A DNA stretch of 64,000 nt from Geosiphon pyriformis uo1. Its lineage: Eukaryota > Fungi > Glomeromycota. The notes under the pieces were generated by a model. The model did not search any database and was not told the DNA's origin. It saw only the letters and a list, made by a program, of their open reading frames with translations. This document shows, piece after piece, positions 1 to 11,543 of the stretch. The position numbers and the translations under genes are program-made. The stretch is taken from the NCBI GenBank assembly GCA_016748015.1, contig JAAOMT010000710.1:186001-250000 (forward strand), read 5' to 3'. The stretch's first letter is position 1. Each line of letters opens with the position of its first letter.

Positions 1-5
1 TGGTC

Positions 6-302
6 TTGGTGCCCCTGGCTCCTACCTTTTTTTCTCGGAATTTGGTGGTCCCAGTTGTGGCGAATGTGGAGGTTGATTCAGACATGGCTCTGGATGATCC
101 TAAGCCAGTACTGTTTTCCTCCTCTTTGGTTTTTTCTGGTACTTCAGATTTAGGTTCAAGTAGTTCAAAAATTTTGACCTCAAAAGTGGGCTGTTTGGAG
201 TCAAAGTTGATGGCTCTTGAGACTTCAGTTTGTTCAGTTTTAAAGAAGTTAGATCAGATGTGTGCTGGCTCGGGTTCTGCGGTTTCTTTTGTATCACAAT
301 GA
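6..302 (+). pseudogene. C-terminal part of LINE ORF1 (coiled-coil-like)
   Basis: Heptad-like KVGCLESKLMALETSVCSVLKKLD. Homologous sequence precedes ORF2 in copies 2 and 3. Its stop overlaps the ORF2 ATG. Confidence 0.75.
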
Positions 303-3300
303 ATAGCTTCATGTAGAAAATTGTGACATGCAATGTCAGAAGGATGAACAATCCTGCTAAGCAAGCCGATGTTATTTATTGACACAAAGATATGAATAAT
401 GTGATTTCTATAGTTACTGAGACAAAGTTAAGGTGTGGAGTTTGCTTTTGGATTGCTAATAGGTATTCTAGTGTACATGTTTTTGTCTCTGGCTTGGATT
501 TGGGCTATCTCGGTTCTGGTGTAGCTATTATTATGAATGTTGCTTTGGCCAAACATGTGTATAGAATTTCTGAAGTTTCTGGTCATCTTCTTGCTATCAA
601 ACTGCTCTTTAAGAACAAACTTTCTGTTTCCATTTTAGGTCTGTATGCTAGTGCATCTGTATCAATGTGTTTCTCACAAGCTGATGAAATAAATACTTTG
701 ATTGCTGGTACTGTGAATGAATCTTCTTTTGTAATTTTGGGTGGTGACTTCAACGAGAATAGTTCTTGTAAGAGTGCCAGCTTCAAGAAGTGTGGTGCAT
801 TAGGCCTGGTCAACTTTCTCGTCAATAGTGTATTTTTAAAAGCTCTAACATGGAGTAATTCTCAGGGTGTGGCAAAAACAATTGACTATCTGTTTGTGTC
901 TCCCAATTTGGTTAATGCTATAGTGGATTGCAGTGTCCTGGATGTTAGTAAATTCTTTGATACTGACCACCAATCCATCTTGGTGTTGGTCAGTTTGGGT
1001 GGATTGTTGGACATACATCTGTGTTTACTTCACAAACAGGCCAATAGGGATCACTGGAAGTATAATTTCAAAAATGCTGATGCCACTTTGTGGTCGAAAT
1101 TCAAGGAAGCTACAGTAGCAAATACTGCCATGTTTGCTGGTGGTTTCTTAGATGCCAAAAAGCACTTGGACTTAGATGCTATATGGGACACTATTCATAG
1201 AACAATGTGTTTTTTAGCTAATGAGGTGTTTAAAAAAATTTGGTTCAAGGATTATAATGGAGTTTTCACCAAATGTTCTTCTAGATTCCATAAGTTGGAG
1301 CTTCTGATTTCTAAATTGGTTAAAGCTTTCTGTTCGGTTGATTATAGTGAGTTTGTTTCACTGTTTGATACTTGGAGTTCTTTTGATTCCATTAATGCAT
1401 CTGTAGTAAGATCTCTTTTTTTCTCAGGGTCTCTTTTTAACAGCATCCATTCAGTTTTGTCCAAAGTCAGGAAGTCATATTATGCATCGAAGTTGTTGAA
1501 AATAAAACGTGCTGAGAATTCTCAGATCAGGTCGACTATTAATAAAAGGATGGAGAGTTTCGAATCAAACAAAGACCATACTATCAGAAGTGTTCTAGAA
1601 CGACTTTTTCGCAAGGTGGTGTTGAATCATCTGGTTGTTGGGGATAAGATGATTTTGGAGCCTAATCCTGTCAAATCTAAGGTAAATGAGATTATGGAGG
1701 GTTGGACATAGAGATGTGGTATAGTTCTGGATGTTAATGATGATTGGTTTCGTCAATATTGACCATTGGAATATGTTTTTGATGATGCTTTTGCTGATAT
1801 TATGGGCTGTGTGAGCTTTAATAATTTGTTTAGTGTGGTTTTAGATCTGCCTGATGGTAAAGCCACTGGCCTCTCAGGCATCTCTAATGAACTGTGGAAA
1901 AATTATGACAAATCTGTTCTTAATATGCTCTTAGTGCTTATTAATTCCTGTCTCTTAAGTGAATTGATGTCTAGTGCTTGGAAGGAGGCATGGGTTTCAA
2001 TGATTTCTAAACCACATGAATGGGAAGGAGTCTTTACGAATACTTGCCCTATTGCCTTGATTGAGACGGCTTGTAAAATTCTCTCCAAAATTCTCTCCAA
2101 TAGGATCTCATTGGCATGCAGCAAGTTTGACATTCTCTGTGGAAACAATTTTTCTGTTCTCAAGGGTACTACAACACAGTCTCCCATCTTTGCTATAGGT
2201 TTGGTGGTCGAAGATGCTCTGAAAAAGAACCAGGAGCTCTGGCTAGTTTTGTAAGACATGAGGAAAACATACAATTCTGTTGGTTGGGAGCACCTTGAGA
2301 AGAGTCTGATTAGGATCAAAATATGTGGTAGTTTCATCTGTTTTTTTAAGAGTATTCACAAGGGTTGTACCAATTGGGTCATGACTGATTTTGGTTTGAC
2401 TAATGGCTACCGTGTCCATGATGGTTTGGATTAGGGTGAAGTTTTCTCCCCTCTTTTGTGGTGTATTTTTTATGATCCCCTTTTATGTGAAGTCAAGAGA
2501 CAGGAAAGTGTGTGTGAATACAGATTAGTGTCCTATTACATATTGAAAAATGGTCATGCAGAATTTCAAGCTGGTCTTTCTTCTTTTTTTGTTGCTGATG
2601 CTTTTGTTGATGATACAATTTGGGTTGAGAGCAGTCAAACTACTACTCAGCATATTCTAGATGTGGCTAGTGAGTTTTACCAGATTAATGACATCTCTAT
2701 TAACAATGATAAAACTGTGACTATTCCATTCAACTGCCATGTTAATAGACTTTCTCTTTACATTAGTGGAGTGTCGATTACCATTGCCAAAAAAGGGGAG
2801 TCCCATCATTATTTGGGTATCTTTCTCTCGACTGAGGGTCTCTTAAAGTCCAGTCTAGCAAAGGCTTATTCGGACGTTCGTTTCTTTTTTAACATAGTGC
2901 TCAGAAAGGTTGTCTCTAATAAACAATTTTTGTATTTGGTGTCTGCAGTTCTGCATCCTATTGTCAGCTTTAGAACACAGTTTAGTTTTATTCTGGTTGG
3001 TGTGTGTCACAAGTGAGATGCTTTAATCAGAAAAGGCTTAAAGTTGAAGTTGGGTTTACTATTTGACTTTTCTAGTAATACAATACATCACCTGTTTTTC
3101 TATGGTTTAAAATCCTTCATTTAAATTCAGTTAAAAGACAAGGTGGCATCTCTTATTTGTTTTGCAAATGCTGGTGGTGTTTTGGGTCATTTATTCTCTC
3201 ACAGATCCTATGACTTACAAGTTTTGTGTTGGTATCCTGTCCATCCTTTGTGCTTTCCTGTTTACATTTATGTTAGTCATTCTAATAACTTTCTTGTGGA

Positions 3301-4987
3301 CATAGTTCGCATTCTTCTTGAGAATAGTTTATCTTTGGGTGGTTATTTGGGCAACTCTTTTCTGTCTTGTGGTGGGGTACCAATGTCTGCTGTTCTTGGT
3401 AAATCAAAGTTTTTCAAGTTTTTTCCTTTTCTCCGGTGGCATGGCATTGCCTTCGTAGACCAAATCCGTGATTGCCATGGTCTCATTTTTGATTGGCTCA
3501 CCTTCAAGCAGTAGAAGAGACTGGACCCACATGGTCCTGTTCCTAAGTGGTTTTAGCTCTCGACTGTGTTTCTCAATGAAGTGGCGTCTCTTCCTCCACA
3601 TCCTCCTGCCTTGGATGCTATTGGTTTTCCTAATATTGTCTCTTCTCAAAGTTTCAATTTTATTTGTAGTCAACTCTCACTTATTGTTGCTAATACTATT
3701 TCAGTATACACAGATGGGTCTCTTAAGAGCTTAGACACATTTAGCTGTAGAGCTGATGCTGGAGTTTTTTTTGAAGACATTGGTTTGGAATTGGGTGTTA
3801 GTGTTTTGGGTTCGATGTCATCGACTTTGGCAGAGATGCAGGCCATTGCTTTGGCTCTAGAATGTGTTCCTTCTTCCGGTTCCATTCATTTGTTTTCTGA
3901 CAGTCAACCTGCTTTGGATGCATGTAAGTCGGAACTTGGTTTGATATGTCCAGATTTTTGCAATCGGTGTTGGGTTGAATGTCGGCACATTGTGAACATT
4001 ATTCGGAATAATAATTTGAGGGTGGATTGGTGCAAGATGAAGGACCATTCCAAAGTTCTGAGAAATAACTGAGCTGATTTGATTGCTGATGTTGCCTCTC
4101 TTTCTGTCTAGTGCCTTCCTCTATGCTTGAATAAACGTTTCTTGTTAGCTGATGGTGGTGTTGTCTCTGCCAACTCCAGACACGTTGTTCGAGATATTTT
4201 TTATTTTATTAATTGTGCTTACTGGGAGATTGGGTTGGATTCAAAATTCTTGCCAGATAGTTTGCTTTCTGATGTTGATTGGTATTGCTTCTCATTCATA
4301 TGGCATCCTGACTCGCACATGGCCTCTGGGTTTACTAGCAAGTCCTCAATAGATCTCTGCACTTATTTTATGAAAGCTCTACACCACTGGCTACCAGTAA
4401 CTGTTCGAAAGTGTCTCTATGACAGACGTTACTCCAGTATGTTGTATTTACATTGTAGTGAAATGGAGGTGTCAGATCATGTTTTTGTATGTGAATTTGA
4501 TCATGATGCTTGTTGCCAAATTTTGGACTCCCATGTGGGTTCTTGGAGTGCACTTTCTGGTTTATCTGTTTCCTCTTCTGGTGTTTTACAGTTGTTGTCT
4601 ACTTGTGTTTCAGATGTCTCTGTATCTATGGTCCTGTTTAAGAATTTTGTTTTTAATGGTTGGTATCATGAAGCCATTTTCTTTTGTTCTGACCCCAAGA
4701 TTGCTTGCTTGAAGATTGTTAAATTTGTACAGTCTCTTGGTGCTGCTTTCAGAACCGAAGTTTGGTTGGTTTGTGTTAAATATCGTGCATTTATGAAAAA
4801 GAATGGTCATATTTTTTTGGACGGGTTGGTTTCTGTTCCGATTTTTGTTCTGAGTTCCATGTTCTCTATTGGAGTTGTCAGGTTGCTGGGTGTTGCTGAA
4901 GCTATTGGTGTTCATTTTGGATATTGTAAACAGTGTGCATTTTTTTTTGGTGTTGGTAATTCTGTTGTGGTTCACATAGATGTATAA
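299..4987 (+). pseudogene. LINE ORF2 (APE-RT-RNase H-Zn finger) with multiple premature stops
   Basis: ORF-track pieces 392, 1766, 2456, 3143, 3566 and 4127 are all in the frame of the ATG at 299 and are separated by transition-type stops. Confidence 0.92.
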
Positions 4988-5121
4988 TGTTGTCCTGATC
5001 AGCTTGAGTGGCTGGTCACGTGTGGAAACATGCATGATTCACACCTAGTTTAGATTATTTCTTTGATGTATTGTTCTAGGCAGTGTTTAGACCTCACTTA
5101 TAAAATATTAATAAAAAAAAA

Positions 5122-7935
5122 TAATAATAATAAATTTATCAAAAAAGAAATAAACTGAATGAAAAATTTTGAATTTATACAAGAAACCAAGAATAATAGA
5201 CTTTTTTAGTTGTAATAATATTTAAGAAAAATAAAATCTTATGCTTTTGTGTTAACTACTGTTAATTAAATACTATTACTAAAAAAAATATATATTTATT
5301 TTCTAAAATTAATATAATATTAAATTAATCAATAGTGCCACTTTTTTTTCAATTATTAATTTAATTGCTAAATTTTAGCCAGTAAAAATGAATTCAAAAA
5401 ACAGAAAAAAAACTGTTTTTATTATCAAGTATAACATTTATAAATTTACAGTTATGTTTTTTGGCCTTATTAATACTTAATAAACAAAGTATTCAAATCA
5501 GTAAAAAAAACTTTTTTTTAATTTATTTGGATAATATAATAGTATAGTCAAAAATTTAAGATAAATATCTTAAATATTTACAAAAAGTTTTTGATTTTTT
5601 CAGAAATATTAGCCTTAAAATCAATCCAATTAATCTTTTTTTAAACATTAATCTACTTAGTTTTTTGGTTATTTTATTATAAAAAATAAATTTTTTTTTG
5701 ATCTAGTCAAAATTGAAAAAGTTCAAAACATTAAACAACTAATAAATATTTATAAACTATGTTTTTTTCTTGGTTTGGTCTCTTATTATTAAAAATTTGT
5801 CAAAAATTTCTTTAAAATCGTTTTTTTTAATTAGCTACTCAAAAAAACTGTTAATTATTACTAAGACATATATTAGCAAAAAGTTTTTGAAATCTTAAAA
5901 AAAAAATTAGTTACAAAACTCATTTTTATGTAATCTAATCTGAATCAATTTTTTATTTTTTATACTAATATATCTGGCTTTAAACTTAATGTTATTCTCT
6001 TTTAGAAAAATAAAAATGACAAAAAACATATTATAACTTATGTCAACAAATTACTTTTTTTAGTAAAACAAAATTATTTAATTATTAAACAAAAATGTTT
6101 AACAATAGTATAGATTATTAGTTACTAAAATAAATATCTTCTTGGTGCCAAATTTTTAGTAATAACATATTATTAAGTTTTAGTTTAACTGTACAAAAAA
6201 AAAAGCTAGAACACAAACAAATAACTTGCTAAATATTCTATTTGAATAAATTTAACTATGATATATAATATTGTAAAGAAACAAATTATCAAAACACCAA
6301 TCCTTTTTTTAGACTTACTATTTAGTAATAAAATAATCTCTGCAAATCAAACCAACTATTAATAATTTTACCTTAACCAAATACAATAATGAACTTGGAT
6401 AATTATTTTGTCTTAATAGAATTTTTAAGTAAAAAACAATATCTATTAGACTATACTCAACAGTAAAAAAAACATTTGCAAAAACAATCAAATTTTTATT
6501 TAATCTGCCAAAACCAATTATATAAAAAAAATAGAAAAAATTATAACTGTTTTCAAAAAGTTATTATATTTAAAAAAAATTTATAATATATATATTAATC
6601 TATTAACTACACACTTTAAAAAAACAAAAATAATTTTAAAGACTTTAATTTACTATTATTAATCTATCTTAAAAAAAACATTGCTAATTAAATTAAAATT
6701 TGTAATATTTGTCAAAAAAAAAAAACCCCCAATTATAAAGAAGATATTTACACAATTTTTATTAGTTAACTATTTGACAAAATTAATATAGATATTGTTA
6801 GACTTTTAATAATAACTCTTAATAGCAACAGATATATTATAGCTACTGACTATCTTATAAAGTAAGTAAAAGCAAGAGTTACTTCAAACCAAATAGCAGT
6901 TTTAATAGCCAATTTTATTTATGAAGATATTATTTGTTACTACAGCTGTCTAAAAAAGCTTTTATCTAATAAAAAAAACTTTTTTTAGTACACTAGTTAA
7001 AAAACTTTGTAGAAAAATAAAAATATATTATAACCTTTTTTTTCTATATCATTCTTAAACAAATAGCTTAATAAAATGATTTAATAAAATACTATGTAAA
7101 ATCTTAGTCTAAATCAGTAAAAAAACAAACTTATAAGACAAAATACAATTTTATTAATAGAAATAGACTTAAAACAATACTTTTTAAAAAAATTACAATA
7201 GAAAATTACAAAAACATTCTATAAAAAAAACTTGGTATTATTTTTAACTTATTAATAAAAGCATAAATAATTGTCTTTAAAAAGATAAAACAGTTTTAAG
7301 AGAAACTTAAGAAAAAAAAACTTATAAAACACTTTTCTTAAGTATTAATAACTTAATTTTAAAATACTGTTTAAATAAAGACAATGTTTATAATAATAAA
7401 TTTTCTAGCTGATATAAAAACTTTTTATAATCAACAAAATTTTGAACAATAATTCTTATATTTTATAAAATTAATATAGAATAATCTTTAATAATTATCT
7501 TGTTTATGGTATACAACTTAAGAAATATCACAAACAACTTAATTAGTTATTTGTTGTGGTAATACCAACTTAAATAATTAATAAAAATCAAATATAAATA
7601 AATGTATTATTTCTAAAACAAAAATATTTTCAATTAACATAAACAATTATTTCTTAAATCAAAATATTTAAAATGTTTTCTATATTTTTTATAAATATTA
7701 GACTAAAAATTATTTAAACATTACTTTAATCATTAGAAAACAAACCACCATAACTAATAACAATAAGATATATACTGTTATTAGATCAAAGAAAACTATT
7801 ACCAAAAGAGAAAAAATTAGTAATAAGATAAATAAATATATGTTTAAAAACATAATAGTAAGCATATTATCACTTTTTAATATACTTAAAAAAATAATTA
7901 AAAAAATTTTGTCTAAACAAAAATTTGTCATATAA
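5122..7935 (+). mobile_element. Highly degenerate Ty3/gypsy family B fragment (RT-RNase H-integrase and start of the 3' ORF)
   Basis: Colinear with 45365-49980, e.g. aaatttatcaa...gaatttatacaagaaaccaa. Antisense ORF 7710-7931 matches 49755-49967. LINE copy 1 inserted into its RT. Confidence 0.85.
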
Positions 7936-8293
7936 TATTACCAATAAAATTTTAGCCATTAATTAACATAAAATTATTCTTATAATTCCTATTATTAATT
8001 AGCATATATTAATATTATTTAATTATCACTTATTACTTAATTAATAATCTGATTTATATAATAAAAATCAAGATAATCAAATTACACAATACTTTAAATT
8101 ATGTAATATTTAAGAATTTGCCAAAATTTGTAAAAAATTTGCTAAAATAATAGATAATACACCAAAATAATTAATAGTTTATCAAAATAACTTATAGCTT
8201 ATTAAAATATATTTTTAGTTTGTTTAAATTATAGCAAAAAAAAAGTTCAAGTTCATAAACTAGTATTACAACAAATTGTATAGAAAAAGAGAA
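7936..8293 (+). mobile_element. Truncated 5' part of a family C LTR
   Basis: Starts tattaccaataaaattttagc and aligns with the reverse complement of the 47685 and 61170 ends of the two C LTRs, including the aaatt..ccaaaat repeats. Confidence 0.8.
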
Positions 8294-10595
8294 CTAGTCT
8301 ATAAAAGACAAGCCACTTTACTTATTAAACAAAAAATACTATTTTTCTTAACAAAATCAATTACCAAAAAGAATTTTGAAGTCACTTTATATCAAAAAAC
8401 ATATTAACTAATAGAAACATTAAAAAACAATCATAAAACAGCAGTTGACAATATTGGTAATGCTTAAAAACAACAAAAAAAAAACATAATAATTATTTAT
8501 CTGATCAATTAGCTAAATTCAAGATCGGAAACAGAGTATTATTACATTATACTAAAGCTAAAAAACAATGGAATAGAAAGTTTAATTCAAAATAAGATAA
8601 GCTATTTTACATACATGAAGTTTTAGACAACAAAGCATATAAATTATGATTAGAGAACAAAATTTTAAAGAAAGTAGCACATAGAAATTGACTGAAAATT
8701 TATCATATCAATTAAGAGTTATTATTATTTGTACTTTAATTAAGAATACAAATTCTATTAATCAAACTAAAAAATATATCACAAGATTTGAAACCAATTA
8801 TTATTATTGAAATATAATCCATTGGTAATAAATTAAATTGTAAATTTAAATATATATAAAGACCAAAACAGCAAAAAAAAAATAATAAAACTCTTAACAT
8901 AGACTTTTTAGATCAAATTTTAAAACTTTCAAAACAACTATTTAAAGCAATTTAACAATCCACAACACCAATAGAAATTATAATTGATAAAAAAAAATAC
9001 AATACAGAAATTTGCACAAGAAAGGAGTGGACAAAAATTTAACTAGAACTGAGTATTTTTATTCCTATAAATGATTAAGAAAAAAAAAATACATGGTTTT
9101 CAATGCTAAAAAAAATCCAACAAGATTTTTTTTAAGAGATCAAACTATCCAACATAAAAAAATAGACACCAGAAAACACCAAAGAGTAAAAAAAAAAATT
9201 TTTACTAGTTTATTGATACTTTAAAATTGGTAAACAATTAGAATTAAGAACATTATATAAAGATCTTAACAGACAAATTTTTAACAAAAAAGCTCTTAAA
9301 TAAGTAGAAAAATTCATAAAAAAAAGCAACTTAATATTACACTACAAAGCAACTTACTGATTGTATGTAGTCTTTAAATACTGTTTAATCATACTGCTAA
9401 ATAATACACTAAAAATTATTATAGTCAACAGCATAGAATAAATAACAAATACATAGTTTAAAAATTTACAAAAAGCAATACTCAATAAAACAATTGAATA
9501 TTATACCAAAAAAACAATTTTTACAAATTCATATGATTTTACAAAAGCTTAATTTTAAAAAAAAGAAATAATATTACCTGAGTAGAAAAAACAAATCCAA
9601 AAAATATTGAAAAAATGTGATTAGAAAATGTAATAATATAGAAAAATAAGATAATATGAAATAACACAAAATAATACATTATAATTTAAATAACATGAAA
9701 TAACACAATAACATAAAATAACACAGAATAATTAGCCATAATATAGAATAACTAGTTACAGTATAAAAAACAAAACAACAACAAAAATAGCAAACAATAA
9801 TTAATAATAACAAGCAATCAAAAAGCAATCTTGTAAAACTAGAAATATATATAAAAATAAGTAATTTTAACAATAAAAATAAAACAGACAGAGAAAATAG
9901 TCAAATAAAAAATATATTTTTTACTCATATTTATTAGATCTATTTTATTTATATATCTATATTACTTTAAATAAAAAAAATATTTAAAACCAAAAATTAC
10001 TTATTCATAATTTCTAAATTTTATGTTTAAACTAAATTACTTATTTTTTTATCTTTGTTTTCAGTCAGATGCTCTTAGCATAAAACACTTTAAACAAATA
10101 ATAACTTGGACCAATTACTCTTGATTATAGTGATTGATAATGTTAATTTTTTTTATTTATTTTTATTTATTTTTATTTTTATTTTATTTTTTATTTTCTT
10201 TTATTTTCTTTTTTTGTAAAACAGCAATATTGCAAAATTAACTGTCTGAAAATAGACTTTATAATAGTTTAGTAAAAAAAGGAAGCTTTTTTTAAAATTA
10301 GATATTAATATTATCTTGTTAGCTTATTAAAAAAGTTAAAAGATATCATTAGATCTTAGTGACTGTATTTGATTAGCTCAGAAAAAATAGCTTACATATT
10401 TAAGTTGCAAATAGCTGAATACTTTTCTGTGCTTTATAACTAAAAAACTTTATGAGTAAAACTAGCAAAAAATTTTCAAAAACTAATATTAAACAACTTA
10501 TTTTAAGTATTCAGAATAGAGACTTTCAAGCTCTTATTATCTAAATTTAGAGCACAAAATATTATTATAATATCTTACCAAGTTTATTTGTAACA
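8294..10595 (+). mobile_element. 3' part of a family D gypsy element: integrase C-terminus, 3' ORF, PPT and 3' LTR (9572-10595)
   Basis: 8300-8800 aligns with A integrase 18660-19190. A purine tract at 9557-9571 precedes the LTR tattacc...tgtaaca, which is homologous to 23266-24248. Confidence 0.8.
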
Positions 10596-10607
10596 ATGTT
10601 TTTATGA

Positions 10608-11484
10608 TGTTACTCATAGAATATAAGAAATATATTAGCACATGAAATAGCCAATCAGAGGTAACTATAGTAAATGTGAAATTCCAGGATTTCTCTCAAG
10701 AGGAATTGCAAGATTCCAGGAATTTCAGAATTTTCCATGTGAGGAATTGCAGGATTTCAGAATTCCAGGATTCCTCTCAAAAAAAATTGCAAGATTCTAG
10801 GAATCTCAGAATTCTTGAGGTGAAGAATCAAAGAATTAAGGAATCTTAATTATGTATATATAGCAGTAGTATTAGAAGTAAAAAAGGCAGAATTCTCAGT
10901 TAGAAAACCTTTCTGTTTAGATTTTATCTAAGCAACTTTCCAAAATCACAAATATTAATAAATAATTATTCACTATCTCAATCCACTCTTTACTATTAAC
11001 ACTTCATGTTGATAATAATTGATACTTAACCACACTGGAACAATAGCTTTTAATCATGGCTATTGATGGAATACTAACTTGTAATTGCTTTTGTTATTTT
11101 TTTTTAATTTTTTTAATTTTCTTTTATTTCTTTTGTTATTTCTTTGGGTTTTGCTAAAAATTGATTAAAAATTAAGCACTGAGATACAAATGTTATAAGA
11201 ACTAGTAAAAAACCCATAAAACAAGGGTAGAACACTCATAGATTTGAGGATAGCTTACCAGGAAGATTACTGGCCACCACACTGAGAAAGAAATTTAACG
11301 AAACTGCAGTTTTGGGAAGCTATGAATAAAACCATCAATTCAATCTCTGTCTATTATACAAAAGACTCAACTCAAAAGCCTTTAGATACAATCAATGTAC
11401 TAGTGTCACCAGTCTTGTCAAGATATTGAGCACCAAGTTACGGATTTGTTATTTGATTTGAAACCCAAATAATTATCTGTAACA
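10608..11484 (+). repeat. 5' LTR of element A
   Basis: TGTTAC...GTAACA termini; about 90% identical to 19921-20796. TATATATA near 10855 follows U3 tandem repeats. Confidence 0.96.
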
Positions 11485-11486
11485 TT

Positions 11487-11504
11487 TGGTGCTTCCTATA
11501 AGAT
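11487..11504 (+). promoter_or_regulatory. Primer-binding site TGGTGCTTCCTATAAGAT (tRNA-like, possibly elongator Met)
   Basis: Begins with TGG 2 nt after the LTR. Its complement ends ...GGAAGCACCA. The tRNA identity is inferred. Confidence 0.8.
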
Positions 11505-11543
11505 ATAATTCTACAGAAAACTAGTATCAACAACTAATCAACA

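Larger units (their letters stand above)
1..5121 (+). mobile_element. Non-LTR retrotransposon (LINE) copy 1, 5' end outside window; ORF1 tail, decayed ORF2, 3'UTR and A-tail
   Basis: Domains in order: APE (TCNVR, TETKL, GGDFN, TIDY, TDH), RT (KATGLSG, PIALIE, AFVDDT, YLGI), RNase H (YTDGS, AEMQAI, SDSQ) and a C-terminal CCHC-like motif. A-run at 5113-5121. Confidence 0.95.

Noticed and set aside
4990-5040. Hammerhead ribozyme (ctgatcag...gaaac)
   Set aside because: The core is CTGATCA rather than CTGANGA, copy 2 has ctgattgg, and the bases fit simple hairpins better.
9679-9873. Small hydrophobic ORFs (also 23268-23471, 40051-40272, 48212-48406, 60433-60627) as membrane peptides
   Set aside because: They lie in LTRs or AT-shifted low-complexity DNA; the F/L/I/Y richness follows from base composition.
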